From positions 198,863-262,862 of the forward strand of contig CAJNYD010000132.1 in the NCBI GenBank assembly GCA_905331295.1: a stretch of 64,000 nt of DNA. Reading direction: 5' to 3'. Below are positions 45,430-58,605 of the stretch, piece after piece. The first letter of the stretch is position 1; every line of letters starts with the position of its first letter. Position numbers and translations under genes: made by a program. Below the pieces are notes generated by a model. That model was not told the DNA's origin, made no database searches, and saw nothing but the letters and a program-made list of their open reading frames with translations. The stretch is from Rotaria socialis (taxonomy: Eukaryota).

Positions 45430-46709
45430 ATATTTTGTGCATTCGTTACTAACTATTGTAAGAAAAGCATGACTAGGTGGAAAAATATAATCATACGCAT
45501 TTTCATTTTTTTCCTATTAATGCAAATAGTCATCATGACTATCTATCATTAACATTAGTACAGGTACGTTGCACACCGCTCATATCCGGTTTTTTTCGAG
45601 AAAAAGAAGTTGTGTTTATTACTTAAAGGCAAATATGTAAGAACGAAGAACTGAATCATATAATATAGATGATTTACATCTGTAGATGGCATCAACAATC
45701 TTATCATGTCCATCCATTATAATTTGTTCATAGATGTACTATGGAAGCGTCGTAGAATTATTCTATTTGAATTTCCCATGGTAAAAAAATGAGTCAAAAC
45801 AGGAAATACATTAATAGCGTGACTTTAACATTGTAATGATTTCGCGCGCACTCAAGTAGTACAGAGCACGAAATACTCATTCTTTGTCTTTTTTTGACAA
45901 GTAAAAAAAATCAGACAAAACGTAAGTATCGATAGAGATAAAAATCTACTACTTATTGAAAACAGTCTTCAACAATAGAACACTGGCGTCACTATTCGTG
46001 AAAAAAGTAGCAGCTGTCTCATAATAAAACAAGATTAGAAAGTATTCTTCCGAGTAATTCTTTATGTACGAGCTGTAGTGTTTGCTAATAATATTAAACT
46101 AATCAAAAAAAATAGTTCCTTACGCTTCAATATAAGAATTTTTTATGGCTCTCATATAAGTGAACAAATACAACCATATAAGAGATACTTTACTGAATGT
46201 TTTTCTTGCCTGAAGCAAAACTAGATTCTATTAGAAATAATATGATGTGATCATGTTCCTCCTGAAAATGCCTGTACCTCACAAATAACAGATATCTATC
46301 TGTATTCGGCTAACACGTCACTATTGATGTATATCAACTTTTGTTCTATTTTACATCATACGAATATTTTGTATCACTGTTCTTTGTCTACATTTCTTTC
46401 TGAGTCTATTTGTCTCGTTCTCTCTATTATTGTCCTCTTATTTTGCACGATGTATGCCGAACATATACATGAGTGTGCTGTTGTTTTGCCATTGCATTTT
46501 GTACGCGTAACCGTCGTATACAATTTAATAGCTGTCGTCTTTTTTTACCTCCTTCTTTTTTTGTGACTTACTTTCTTACCGTTCTGTTAAAAGGTTCGTA
46601 AAATATTCGTCGACAACTATTCATGTCAACAGACGCACATTTCGCACAAAACTCCCCCATTTTAGATAAAATTTTATTTTCTTCTTACATGAAACATTAC
46701 ATTTAAAAC

Positions 46710-48699
46710 ATGGGCTCTAAACCATCGAGACAAAATTCAACAAATAGTGAACCATTGGATCAAGGAACAATTAACGAACTTTGTCAAGATACTGGATTTT
46801 CAGAAGATGAACTTAAAGAATGGCATAGGTAACAATTCGAACAGATTCATATATTACTAATTTTCAACCAAATAAATTGTTTTGCTTTTTTTTATAGAAA
46901 TTTCTATAAAGATTGCCCAGATGGCAGATTAACATTGAAACAATTCGAACAAGAATATGCAAAGATAATGGGGAAACCCACTCAAAAGACAGCCGACTAT
47001 GTCAGACATATGTTTAATGTTTACGATGAAGATAGAAATCAATTTATCGATTTTAAGTAAGAATAAAAGAATATTGTTCTATTTCATTGAAATAGAAATT
47101 CAAAGACGATATTTTATTTTAAAGGATCTAGAAAAAAATGACAATATGAATAAGAAGAAATCGTTCAAATGTCTAACTATGGGCACGGATTGTATATAAA
47201 TTAATAATAATATGTATAAACAGACTTGTGAACGTGTAGAGACTGTCACGTCTCTAGTTAATCTTAACATTTACCGGAGCTTTCGTTATAAATTGTCGTA
47301 TTCATTCAAATAGAAAGACAAAATAAAAATCTTATATACATAAGAACGAAGAATAAACAGGAAGAACTATTTTGGGGAATAAGAGAAGTAATTACAATCG
47401 ATGATATTAGTATTTTCTCGGTAATTCAAATACAATAATGCCCTGGAGCAATATCTGAAGTTGCTGCACTTCGGAGTAATAATAAGAATAATCAAAATTT
47501 ATATTTCCAATCAGATTTGTACGAAATTTTGTATTCATTCAAAATATTAATCCTATACAATTAAAACAATGAACGTGTCCTACTCGATCTAATTTCTTAG
47601 CTAAACAGATTATTAAAATTATTTTTTATTTCCTATGTTAGATTTTCTATTTATTCTTTATAGAGTTAGATTAAATATTTTTAAATCAATTATTGTTAAT
47701 TTATTCCGCTTTTGTTTTGTTTTATTTAGAGAATTCGTAATGGCTTTATCAGCTGCATCAACAGTGAATCGTTTGCGTCTTATTGAAACACTCTTTCATG
47801 TATTCGATTTAGATAACGATGGTAAAATAACAAAAGAAGAAATTGGTAAAATGTTGCATACACTTATCGATGTAACAAGTTCAAACAATAAAAATCACAA
47901 TCATGCAAATGAACGCGATAGAACAAAACAGATTAGTTTACAGCAACGCATTGATGAAGCATTTGACGAATTGAATGCAAACGATGATGATCATATAACC
48001 AAAGATGAATTTATTGATTGGTATATGAAATCAGGCCTTCTATCTGATGTACAATCCGAAGAAATTAATATTACGGGTCCAGCTGAAATTGAAAAAATTG
48101 GAAAAAAATCACGAAAGCAAATCAAACGATCAATAAATACTAAATCAGTTAAAGAACAAGACGAAACTCGTAATCCAGGATTACATTCTATTCGTCATAT
48201 GTCACGAATGACAGAGCGAAGAGTACCATCAAAATATGACGATGACGATAATGATGATGATGATTACAATAACAATAATAATAATAATCCAACAACCGTA
48301 TCATCGAAGCATCATTATCATCATCAGTACGATGATGATAATCGTATTGATGATGAACCAAAACTAAATCGTCGTTCCTTACATTCAACAACTAGTGGCG
48401 ATGATGCTGAGGTACATGTTTCAAGAGAAAATGAGCGTTGGCAACATTTATTTAATTCTGTTCTGGGACAAATACGTACACAACGTAGTAAAGACCAGCC
48501 AGCAACTACCAATGAAACAGATAATTATAAATCATGGAAACGTGAAGGTGAAGAGAGACTTAAAGTAGAATATTTTAAACATAAATCAAATAAGAGAGAA
48601 AATTCTTCAGATGAATCAACCACAAATCCAAAATTACACGTATCCAGAACATCAGATAGACGTTCGCCATCTCCTGATATTGTTACTATTCGATTATAA
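46710..48699 (+). CDS. Neuronal calcium sensor (recoverin/neurocalcin family) EF-hand protein with long C-terminal extension, 3 exons
   Basis: Myristoylation start MGSKPS. TGFSEDELKEWHR|NFYKDCPDGRL (disabled EF1 with CP). EF loops DEDRNQFIDFKE, DLDNDGKITKEE and NANDDDHITKDE. Confidence 0.9.
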
Positions 48700-50639
48700 C
48701 TAATGTCTTGTGGATTCATCTAATTTTTTTGTCTTCCAAAGTTTTCATAATCAATAAATAAGCTACAAGTGCGATAGTAATGAACATTACAATCATTACT
48801 ATGCACTATTGTTTTTTCTGTTGAGTATCGTCTTGATTATTATTTTCTTATTCCTGACAATGTATATTACTGTGTTTCATTATTATTATTATTATTGTTT
48901 AAGCTGATTTCAAGAATAAAGACAACTATAAACGGATTTTCATAGTAAAACGAAAAGATTTTCCTTATTAGTATCGAAAATAATTACCAATTGAATAGAA
49001 GAAAACTAATTATATTAAAAAGAAGTTAACTTGCATTGACTATTTTTGAAATACTCTGTTTTATTTAGAACTTAAAATGAATTGTAAGTATCTTGTTATA
49101 TAGATGTAAAACGGAGCTATATCTGTTAACGAAGTATCGACGTAAAAACAGATTAATTAACAAAATTTAATTGACATATTTGACAGAGTTATTTCTCTGG
49201 AATAAATATTATTATTTCATGTTTCCGAAAGAAGGATTACAAAAATGACAGATATTTTATTGTAAAAGCATTATTTTATTTTAATGTATTATTTTTGAAA
49301 CGTTTCATTTACAGTTGGCAATAAATATGTGATCTAATTGACGAAGAAAAATGAAGTCGTAAAATTTCTTGTTTGATTACTATTGTATAATATTGAATGA
49401 ATTTTTGAAACATAAAATTATAGATCTTTAACAAATTCTATGGGACACTAAATAATTTAGCTCGGCTATCTTTCATCAAAAACTCATGAATCTAGAAATT
49501 CTTTAGAGAATAACCGATGGGAATAATAATTGTTAATGTAAGTTTGAAAACATCGATTGGTATACCATCATAATTCAATAATAATTTGAATCTACTCATC
49601 TATAACAATAATAAAAAACATATACTCTTGATATTTGCAAGACAAGATAGCAAAAGCATCGTTTTTAATCATCTATAGTTAAAAAATCATAGTTTTCTAA
49701 TAGCTCAACTCCCAAAGGTGTTGAAGACTAATTTCTCCAGATAAAAAAAACAGCCTGATACGTTTCAGAGACGTGCAGCCGTTTTCAAAATAGCCTAGAT
49801 CAACTTTCTCATGTTACATATCTATTGTACAGCAGTTTTGTCAGTCTTTTCATTGAATTGAATAAAATTGTATTCATTATTTTCTAAATATGATGTTGAT
49901 GAGCATCTCTTGCAGGTCATGCTGAACTTTGGATCAGTGTTTTTCTGTAGGAAAGTTTGTTTATAAAAACTAATTACGTTCATCACGCAAAACGATTTCA
50001 TATTTAATTTATCTATCATCTGTTGACCAATCAGTGTTGGGTCAGCTAAATCGATTATCTAGGGCAAAACACTTTTAATAACTGAGAAAAAAAATCAAAC
50101 TTTTGAATTTATACTTTTTTGATAGAGAATCTGAACTCTTATTTTCACGATTATAGATTAATAAAAGATTAAAATATTCATAAAAATATAATATTCTAGA
50201 ATTATTTAAATGAAAATGACGTAGACGTTGTTCTAGTTTCAAACAACTTATACGATAATCACAAAACTAAAGCAAAATTTCTATTTCAAATTAACAAGAA
50301 TTAGTTGTTTATTTACTTTCATTGTTGATAACATTATATACTATATTATCTTTATTATTTCTTAAAGCATTCATTTCATATATGTATCATAAGCAAGACG
50401 AACTTTGACGATTTCATTAAAAGTAAATAATCAAATGGTTAATTAATATACAGAGAGATATATAATTATACTTAAATAAATGTGTACCAATTAGTTGAGG
50501 TGATTTAACCAAAGCAAGACTATTATTGAGGTACGTATCGAGAAATCATATGTTCATATTTCCAGTCATCCTGTGAAACATCGAAAGCTCTTATTATTTT
50601 CTTTCTGTTGATCCCAGAACGAAAATTTCTAGATTATGG

Positions 50640-51093
50640 ATCGTTCATCTTTTAAGATTTCTGATGTATAATGACTATCAATTCGTTTCTGTTAAAGATT
50701 AATACTTCAACTCGAGAATCCATAAAAATTAAATATTTCGGCGATAGCCTACCATTTCTATTCGAATCTACATCGAAAGTCTGTTTACTAACGTTCCAGC
50801 GAACGAAACTATCGATGTTATCTGCAATAAATTGTATTCTACCGATTCAAAATTAAAACTTCTCATTCCTGAAGATTACTTTCGCCAATTACTAGAATAT
50901 GTACAACTAAACGTACACATTTTCTTTTTAACATAACATATCTATGATCAATGTGACCGTGTTTCATTCAATGGACACATCACTGCAGTAATTTTCGCTG
51001 AAATCTATATGATTCATTGGGACGATAGTTATCTGCCCAGCTTAGTAAACAACGCTACAATGTTATGTAGCTGGCGTCGATATGTAGATGATT
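50640..51093 (+). pseudogene. Decayed Penelope-like retroelement reverse transcriptase fragment
   Basis: Frameshifted motifs in the correct order: IESLFTNVPANETIDVIC, F.FN..IYDQCDRVS..AVIFAEIYM, WRRYVDD. Confidence 0.82.
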
Positions 51094-51120
51094 TTCGTAT
51101 ACTCAATAGAAAAATAATCA

Positions 51121-51315
51121 ATGGCCGAATTCGAAAACAAATTTCAAGTTGCAACTTACGTCGAAGCAGCCGGCGAATTGAAAAACGAACGAGATCTCAA
51201 TCCAATATTCAAGAAAAGGCGAAAACGAAAAAAGCATCCATTTCCATCGATATCAATTAACCGGAAAAACTTTTTCTTTGAAATTATGCATATCATATAC
51301 AACATGATTAAATGA
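51121..51315 (+). pseudogene. Possible hAT transposase fragment abutting the RT relic
   Basis: FE....AAGEL....LNPIFKKRRKRKK resembles the helix-plus-basic patch preceding the hAT C-terminal dimerisation region. The fragment is short and was recognised by eye only. Confidence 0.4.
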
Positions 51316-51819
51316 AGCGAATTAAGTAAATCATCAACATCATGAGTCGGTGGGCTGGAAAGCTCTATTTAAATTAATCAATTTATGTTCAACAAGAATA
51401 ACTAAACGAAAAATTTATCTATTATAAATAATTCTTCTTTTCGTAAATCAGTGTTAAATGATTAGACTTGAAATTGCTTCAATGAAAAAACATTAGAAAC
51501 ATCTTATGAAATGTATTAAAATATAAACCCTATTGAACAATTAGTTACATTAAACATCACCAACCAGAAGACTACAGATAATCCGATCATTTTTTGCATT
51601 CAACAGTAAACTAAACAAAAATATGATTAATTTAATATTTTATGTTTTTATCAAACTCACTTCTTTTTTTGTCAACTTCTTATTATTGGTAACACTACAC
51701 ATACGAGTAATTTGTTCAGCACGATATTGAGCATCGCGATCACCTATATACGAATAATAGAATAATTATTGACTTATTTTTATGAAAATTATTGTAACTT
51801 TACACATATGACAACTGTA

Positions 51820-52690
51820 TATGCCCGAATTTTTCCAGCACCGATCAATGAAGCACCAGAGATGTGTTCAAATTTTAGATGACATATGAGGCCAATCGTG
51901 CTCTTCAAAATGAAAAACAATCTTTGATTAAAGAGAATAGATCTCATTCTTTCGGTTACCTAGGAGAATGCGAGTTAGCAAGCCGAGCATTTATTTATCG
52001 TGGCATATCATTCATGTCTGATACTCTGCATTAGATTTATCACGGTACTTTTGTGCATCTAATAATGTTTCTACAATTGATTTTAATATACTATTTTATT
52101 GAAATAGAAGAGATTATTGCAATTATGGACTCAAATATTAAAAAAAAAACGTCATGGTGCATATCCAAATGTCTTAATGAAATTAATATCGACCTAGGAG
52201 ATATACGATACCCGAGTACAATAACGCGAGCACCCCGGAATATAGTTAAGTGCTTGAATTTTAAAGTTAATGAATCTCGTATATTGCTATCGATTGGCTA
52301 TCCTGTTTGTTTTTAGATATTTACCTGAGACGTACTATGAACATCTTAGAATATTATCATTTGTTATCACTATTGAAGAATCACGTAGTATCTCATCAAA
52401 AAATCTAAATCATATGGCATTTTTATTATCGAAATTTGTGGATGAATTCCCTTGTCGTGAACGATACATCGTTCAGGATATGCATGTAGTTAAGCATTTC
52501 GCAACAACTGTATCCGATTTTAGACCACTATTTAATTACAGTACATTCAATTATGAAAGTGTTAATGGTAACATATTTTCTGAGCTATAATTTATATTAG
52601 CCATATTGTCTTTGCTCCTTCTGTAGGATATTTGTCTACGTCAATTCATGGCACCAAATGGCTTGTCAGTGAATTGGTATGATATATTCT
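51820..52690 (+). pseudogene. Decayed EnSpm/CACTA (CMC)-like transposase with apparent introns
   Basis: SFMSDTLH*IYHG, RLLQLW, TRAPRNI...KVNESRILL, YLPETYYEHL, LLSKFV, H.VKHFATTVSDFRPLFNYSTFNYESVNG|YLSTSIHGT. Contains stops and frameshifts, and a GT..AG intron at ~52568-52627. Confidence 0.72.
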
Positions 52691-53639
52691 TATTATATAA
52701 ACAAACCTATAAATTGTCGAAAGCACATTGTACGATATATTCTCTCGTACATTTCACAAGTGACGCATGAAATGTAAACAAACACAACCAAAAGCAAAAA
52801 TCCGATAGGGGACAACTTTTGTAATTTGACTATGAGCTATTATTCAAAAACAAATGCCAAAGGACTGCAAAGTCGCACCAATGAAGTCAAGTATAAGTTC
52901 TCACTTGTCATTCTGCATAATGAAGTACAAACAATAAGAACTATTAATCAATAGCAAACGGCTCGTTTTACTCTTTTAGTCGTGCCTAAAAGCACAATAT
53001 TATCAACAAAAGATAATTCTAGATAGAAAACATTTGCCGATGCTACTATAGTTTACACATACGTATATGGGTAGTATAAAATATGGAATAATTCGAAAAA
53101 TATATTATACTGAAGAACAGAAAGAAAACGTTTTGGCAATACAATCATTACAGAATACAAGCTGCGACACCTTGAATATCGAAGGACAAATTTTTGTTAA
53201 TGAAAACCTTATCTTCGGTAACATATTATCAAGTTAAGTGCATCTGATATCATTCGAAAACGTAATCAAACAAGAGTGTTATTATGAAAGGCATGATAAA
53301 TACTATTTTACACGCTTTTCGAATCTGCGTGAATCTTCGTAGAGACTATTTTCATTATCGTTCACTTCACTCACTGTTCATAACATCGTTCAATAAACAG
53401 ATTTGCTTTCTCCTAATCTGTGAAAGTTATTCTTTTACCCAATTCTCCCACTAATTCGAATCTGATCCTGAAAAAGATTTTCCACATAACTCCTCAGCCT
53501 ACAAAACCCTCTTTCTGTCTATTAATGGTTACTCATGATGCAGACTTCATTTGAATTTGGACACAATTGTAATACCGTAGTGAATAGTGTCCAGAGAGCG
53601 GTATATCACATGAATGGTATGCATCAGTTATGGACACCA

Positions 53640-53697
53640 CGGTTTTGTGCAACCGCAGCTAGAGAAAGCCGCTACAAGACGCGGTTTCACAAAACTG
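53640..53697. repeat. GC-rich imperfect inverted repeat (17-bp stem)
   Basis: CGGTTTTGTGCAACCGC (53640-56) pairs 15 of 17 with GCGGTTTCACAAAACTG (53681-97). Further GCGGT units flank it. Confidence 0.65.
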
Positions 53698-53897
53698 ACT
53701 GCGGTATGAAGCGGTTTTACTTGAAATATTTTTACGTGGGTTTCGAAGTGAAAAAGCTGAATAAAGCATTGTACATGCCTATTATATGTACATATATTTA
53801 AAAATTATTTCTTCAAATATTAAAAATAATCTAAGTTTTTATTTTTTTTATTTATTTATTTTTACGTACACACAAATGAAAAGTGATGAAAAAGCTC

Positions 53898-54509
53898 CTA
53901 AATTCTAGCAAAGAATTCGCCATTCTTAATAAAAAATACAATATCATCACTCTTCATTAAATGTTTATTAGCACACAGATCATCAACCCACTGATGTAAA
54001 AATTCATTAAAATGTGATGATGTTGTTGATTGAGGTTTTTGCGAATCATTCTGTTTCTTTTGTTTTAGGTTTTGTTTAATTGAATTTTTTGGAATATCTA
54101 AAGACCGACGATGCAGAGATGGTACTGTAAATGACGTGGGGCTCTCATTTCTGAGAGCATTTTCTGGTGTATCATCATGAAAATGAAAATTAACAAAAAG
54201 TCTTTTAATTTGTAAATCTGTTTCAGGATTATTGTGAAGAATAACTTCTGAGCGAAATTGTGCTGGCTGTAGTTGATCATTCATTGTAAAACGTATAGGC
54301 TTTGAATAGGAATCAATGTTATCGTATGGAGAAGTATCGCCAATAAAATGTCGTTCTTCAACTTTACACTCGATAAGAAGAGACTCTGATGGTGAAGGAC
54401 ACGAAGGATACCAACATTTATTACGATTGTTAACTATTCTTTTTTTTGAATTCGGTGGTTGCGCTTCTGAATTTTGTGAGACGAAGAATTCTTGTACTTG
54501 ATATGTCAT
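53898..54509 (-). CDS. Uncharacterised single-exon protein, 203 aa
   Basis: 612-nt ORF in very AT-rich DNA with natural amino-acid composition. Splice acceptor TTTTATAG lies 8 nt before the ATG. Confidence 0.7.
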   Translation of the reverse strand: MTYQVQEFFVSQNSEAQPPNSKKRIVNNRNKCWYPSCPSPSESLLIECKVEERHFIGDTSPYDNIDSYSKPIRFTMNDQLQPAQFRSEVILHNNPETDLQIKRLFVNFHFHDDTPENALRNESPTSFTVPSLHRRSLDIPKNSIKQNLKQKKQNDSQKPQSTTSSHFNEFLHQWVDDLCANKHLMKSDDIVFFIKNGEFFARI

Positions 54510-57500
54510 TTATGGGTCTATAAAACAAGGATGATAAATTGTGAAATAATGTCTTTAAAGTTGTTTCGTTCTTCTATCTTTATTTTGTTTCTCAATTGCT
54601 TGTTATCTACAAATGTGTATCACACTCATCATCACTTTCTCTTTGATGGAAAAAAGGACAATCAGGTTAATGTGTTCTTTCATTTTTTTCCTCTCTCTCT
54701 CTCGCTCTGTCTCATTTGTTTATTTCTTTTTTGTTTATCAAGATAGATATTTTCAAAATTGGATAAATGAATTTTTATCAATACTTACCCGATTGAATAA
54801 TGATTATATTATAAGTTGGGAAAATGATTGAGACCATATGATGTTTGAAGAGCAAATCGTTAGTCAATTTATTTATGCATTTATCATTCGATACTGTTAT
54901 TCAGTATTTCAAAAGCAAACACTATTTTTTCTTTCTTCCTTCTTTTCTTTTCTTTTTCATTCTCACTCTCACATTTAGTTATCAGCATCCGACATTGTTG
55001 ACAGACAAACACACGCACACACATTCATGTATCGCATCCTACGAAGGTAGACATAAACCACTTGTGCGTATGTGTATGCTGCAAGTTTCGTAGATTATTG
55101 TTTAGGCATGTTAATGGTGCTCTTCTCTTTTCATACGGCATCTCCAATTTAAATAAGACGAACTAAAGTATTACTTGCCATCAAAAAATAACAACAATTG
55201 TAGACGCATTAAAGAAACTGACAAAGTGTATATTGAATACAAAAGTCTTACTTGTGTTATTGAAGGTGAGGGAATGGCTGGTACGTGTCTTTTTTGACTG
55301 CTCTTTTGTATTGCATTAATCAGACTTAATTTGCAATTAATCTTACATCTTCTTTTTTTCAAAACTTCAATTAAACGTTTTTTTTCTTAAATTTATACCC
55401 ATTCGTTCGTCATCGTTATATTAAATTGATCGGTGGATGTGAAGCAACACGTAAAGAAAGTGACAAAAACACATATGAAAAATACTTTGATTTATCATGA
55501 AATGAGAAAGAAACTTGGAATACTGCTCTTGCTTTGGTACTGTTTTTTATTATTGATTGCTCGATAGACACAATTCTCTAGTGCAAATATGTGTTACAAT
55601 TATAGAGTATATCAATTATTGTTTAGACAACATTCAAACATAATTACAATGCCAGAACAATCAAAATGTACTTACAAAAATAGTCAAATATTGAAACAGT
55701 AAAAGCATTAAATACGCTATTCGACCGTGATATATTAGGTTATTACGATAGTAATTAACGACAATCCTAAGAGTAGAGAACTAACGTAGACACGATCAGG
55801 TTTCAGAAGTTTTCAATATTAATAATTTTTCAGCTCTCTTTCACCTCAAAAAATCGATCTTGAATTGTGTGTAACTTCAAATCTTCTAAAATTTTAATCA
55901 TTCATCAATACTGTAGCATAGAGACTAGAGCAACATCTTTAGTCATAATTCATAATTTTTTCGGGAGATATTCCATAAACATCAATTAAAAATAGTGCAT
56001 TATTTGGTAAGCGGAAAGTTCTCTTTTGATTTGCATTCTATAGATTATTGATTTCAATTTTATTATCTGAATGTTAGAATGTAGGAAATGGCGTAGCTTT
56101 TTATAATTTTCAATTCATCCGGATTGATAAGCCATGTGCTCGGAAAATCTCTAAAAAACTAATGATTGAATTAGAAAAGTACGCTTCAACATGAAAGTAA
56201 AAAGGTGCCATACCTCGAATTGCATCTTGCTGTTTCAAATATGAAAAGAGTTCAATAGATAAAATGACGATGCACAGAGAACACGATGTTTTGCGTTCAA
56301 AAACATATTAACAGACGAACGAAACATTTCTAAATTGTTCTGTAGGACAGACGCAAATTTATTTTTCAAACAGAAAATGACGAAAATTATTTAATGTTTT
56401 TGGAAGAAAAAAGAAGTGTCTATAGAGTATAGTATCATGCCACTTATAAAATATTAGATTTCAGATTATCTTCCTATCATGTATCTCAGGTTTCATTTTA
56501 TTGACAAAACTTGACTGTTTTTACCAGGGAAGGAGGGGCACAAGAAAACGTTTTTGATCAAATAAGCAGTGTAATAAAAGTAGTAATAACTGCCAGAATA
56601 AAACTGGCACCAAAAGTTATTTGTAAGAAGAATATATATGATCTATTCTATTCGAAAACTAGTGAATTTTAATATTCCTAATGAGTTGCTATTTTTCTAG
56701 AAAGTGCATGCCGTAAAAAAAATTTCTATGTCAAAGATACTTCACAATAATCATCTTAGATGATATGACTTACTTTCTTTCATCATAGAGAAAGTAGTAA
56801 ATTATATCTTACAGTGTCCAATCATTCACTCAATAGAAAAATAGTTAACTCTTTTGAATCTGCATAATTCGTATATTTCAAGAATATATTAGACTCTTCT
56901 TACGCATTGTTTTCACGTCAAATTTAGAGAAGCAGGTGTAGTTTTTTTAAACGTAAATAACACTACGAACTGTGAAAATTAATGTATACAAATTGTCGAG
57001 TCATTTATGCTTTTACAGATGCTATTGACTTTTGAAAACGAAGTTAAAGTTCAGCGCATTCTTTTGAAATAAAAAATTTCTTTTTTTTTATACTCGAAAG
57101 CAAAAAGACAATACCATCTTTTTGTGATCATACACGATACTAATTCAATCTTACTATGGATCAGTTTTTACTGAGGATTATACATATCCATTTTAACTCT
57201 TGAATAATTGTCTTAGTGTGGATATTTATCTGATAGAACTAGTGTAAATACTTTAAGCAATGTCAACATTCGATAGTCATTTTGAAAAGTTCTGATTGTT
57301 ACAGGAGTTTCTTAAATATTTATTCAAGTATTCTATGTTAATGTCAATCTACTTCAAAACATTGACAGATCTATTGAAAACTTAATCTAGATATATTATA
57401 TCTGCAACTATTTTTATGTAATCAGCTGAAAATTTAAGATAAATAATAAATTATTTCTTGAAAAGTGTCCCGGCTATGTTATTATATTATGATATATTGT

Positions 57501-57737
57501 ATGATAAGTACAAGTACGAAAACAAGAAATAAACATTACGTAGACGAAAATAATTATACCAAAATACGAGAACCATACGATATGTATACATATTAAAACA
57601 CGACAGAAAAATACAACGAAACATGAAAGACATTGAAGAAAGCTTCTTCTCATTGTCTCATTGAAATATGAATAAAATTGCAAAGCGAATAGACGTTCTA
57701 CTGATTGAAATTAAAAGAAAATTATTTAATCCCCATT

Positions 57738-58605
57738 TCAGGTTGTATTTTCACTGGGCTCACAAAAACGGAGAGCTTGAAATTCTAACGAATCGATAGA
57801 ATTTTCTCCATTTGAGTTTCTTTTTATCGTATTCGTTAAGTGTAAATTTGGTAAATCTTCGCATTGACCATCGGGCAACGTTATCACGCTAGGTGTTGAT
57901 TTACTTGATCTATAATTCGATTGGCATAGTGAATCAGTAAATGTAACGCTTTTAACAGATGTGCAGGTATTTAACTTTGAGCATGAGTTATCATGAACAT
58001 TCGAAGCTGATGCAAAGTTATTACTGTTTTCTTTACTATTAGTTGTTTGACTGTTTTCGAAATGTGATTGTTTGCGTTGATGTGCATTATAACTGCTCCA
58101 CGAGTCGCTGGATAAACCGGGAAAAGAATAAGTTTTTGATGCTTGTTTTAATATACCCTCAAAAATAAAGAAAAGACAAATTAAAATACAATTAGTATTA
58201 TTTAATTTGACATACTTTAGGTTTGAATTCTCCATTTAATTTTGGTTTTGATTTTAAATCAACTTGATTTTCTAACGTCTGTTGATGAACAACTGATGGA
58301 GTTGGCATGATTTGTGATGTGTGAACAGTATTGTTTTCGAGTTCTACCCGTTTATTATCATAAGCATTATTCGTTTTTTGTTTTTCTTGATTTTTAGATT
58401 TCGATTTAATTTTTGAGTAAAAAAGATTTCTAATAAAATTTTGCGAACGTCGACGATTACTTTTTTCTGTTGATTTCGTTGTCAGAATTTTATGCTTTTC
58501 GAGTACTATTTTTGGTGCTTCACCAGCGAAAGTTATTTTCTGTTCAGTAGAGATTGATCGTACCGATAGATGAAATTTATGCAGATGATGAAAGTCTTTA
58601 GCCAT
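57738..58605 (-). CDS. Uncharacterised 269-aa low-complexity protein, candidate PP1 interactor (exons 58605-58216 and 58157-57738)
   Basis: Two overlapping ORFs are joined by a phase-0 58-nt GTATG..TTTTTGAG intron. The spliced product contains KPKGILK and KSVTF. Confidence 0.72.
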
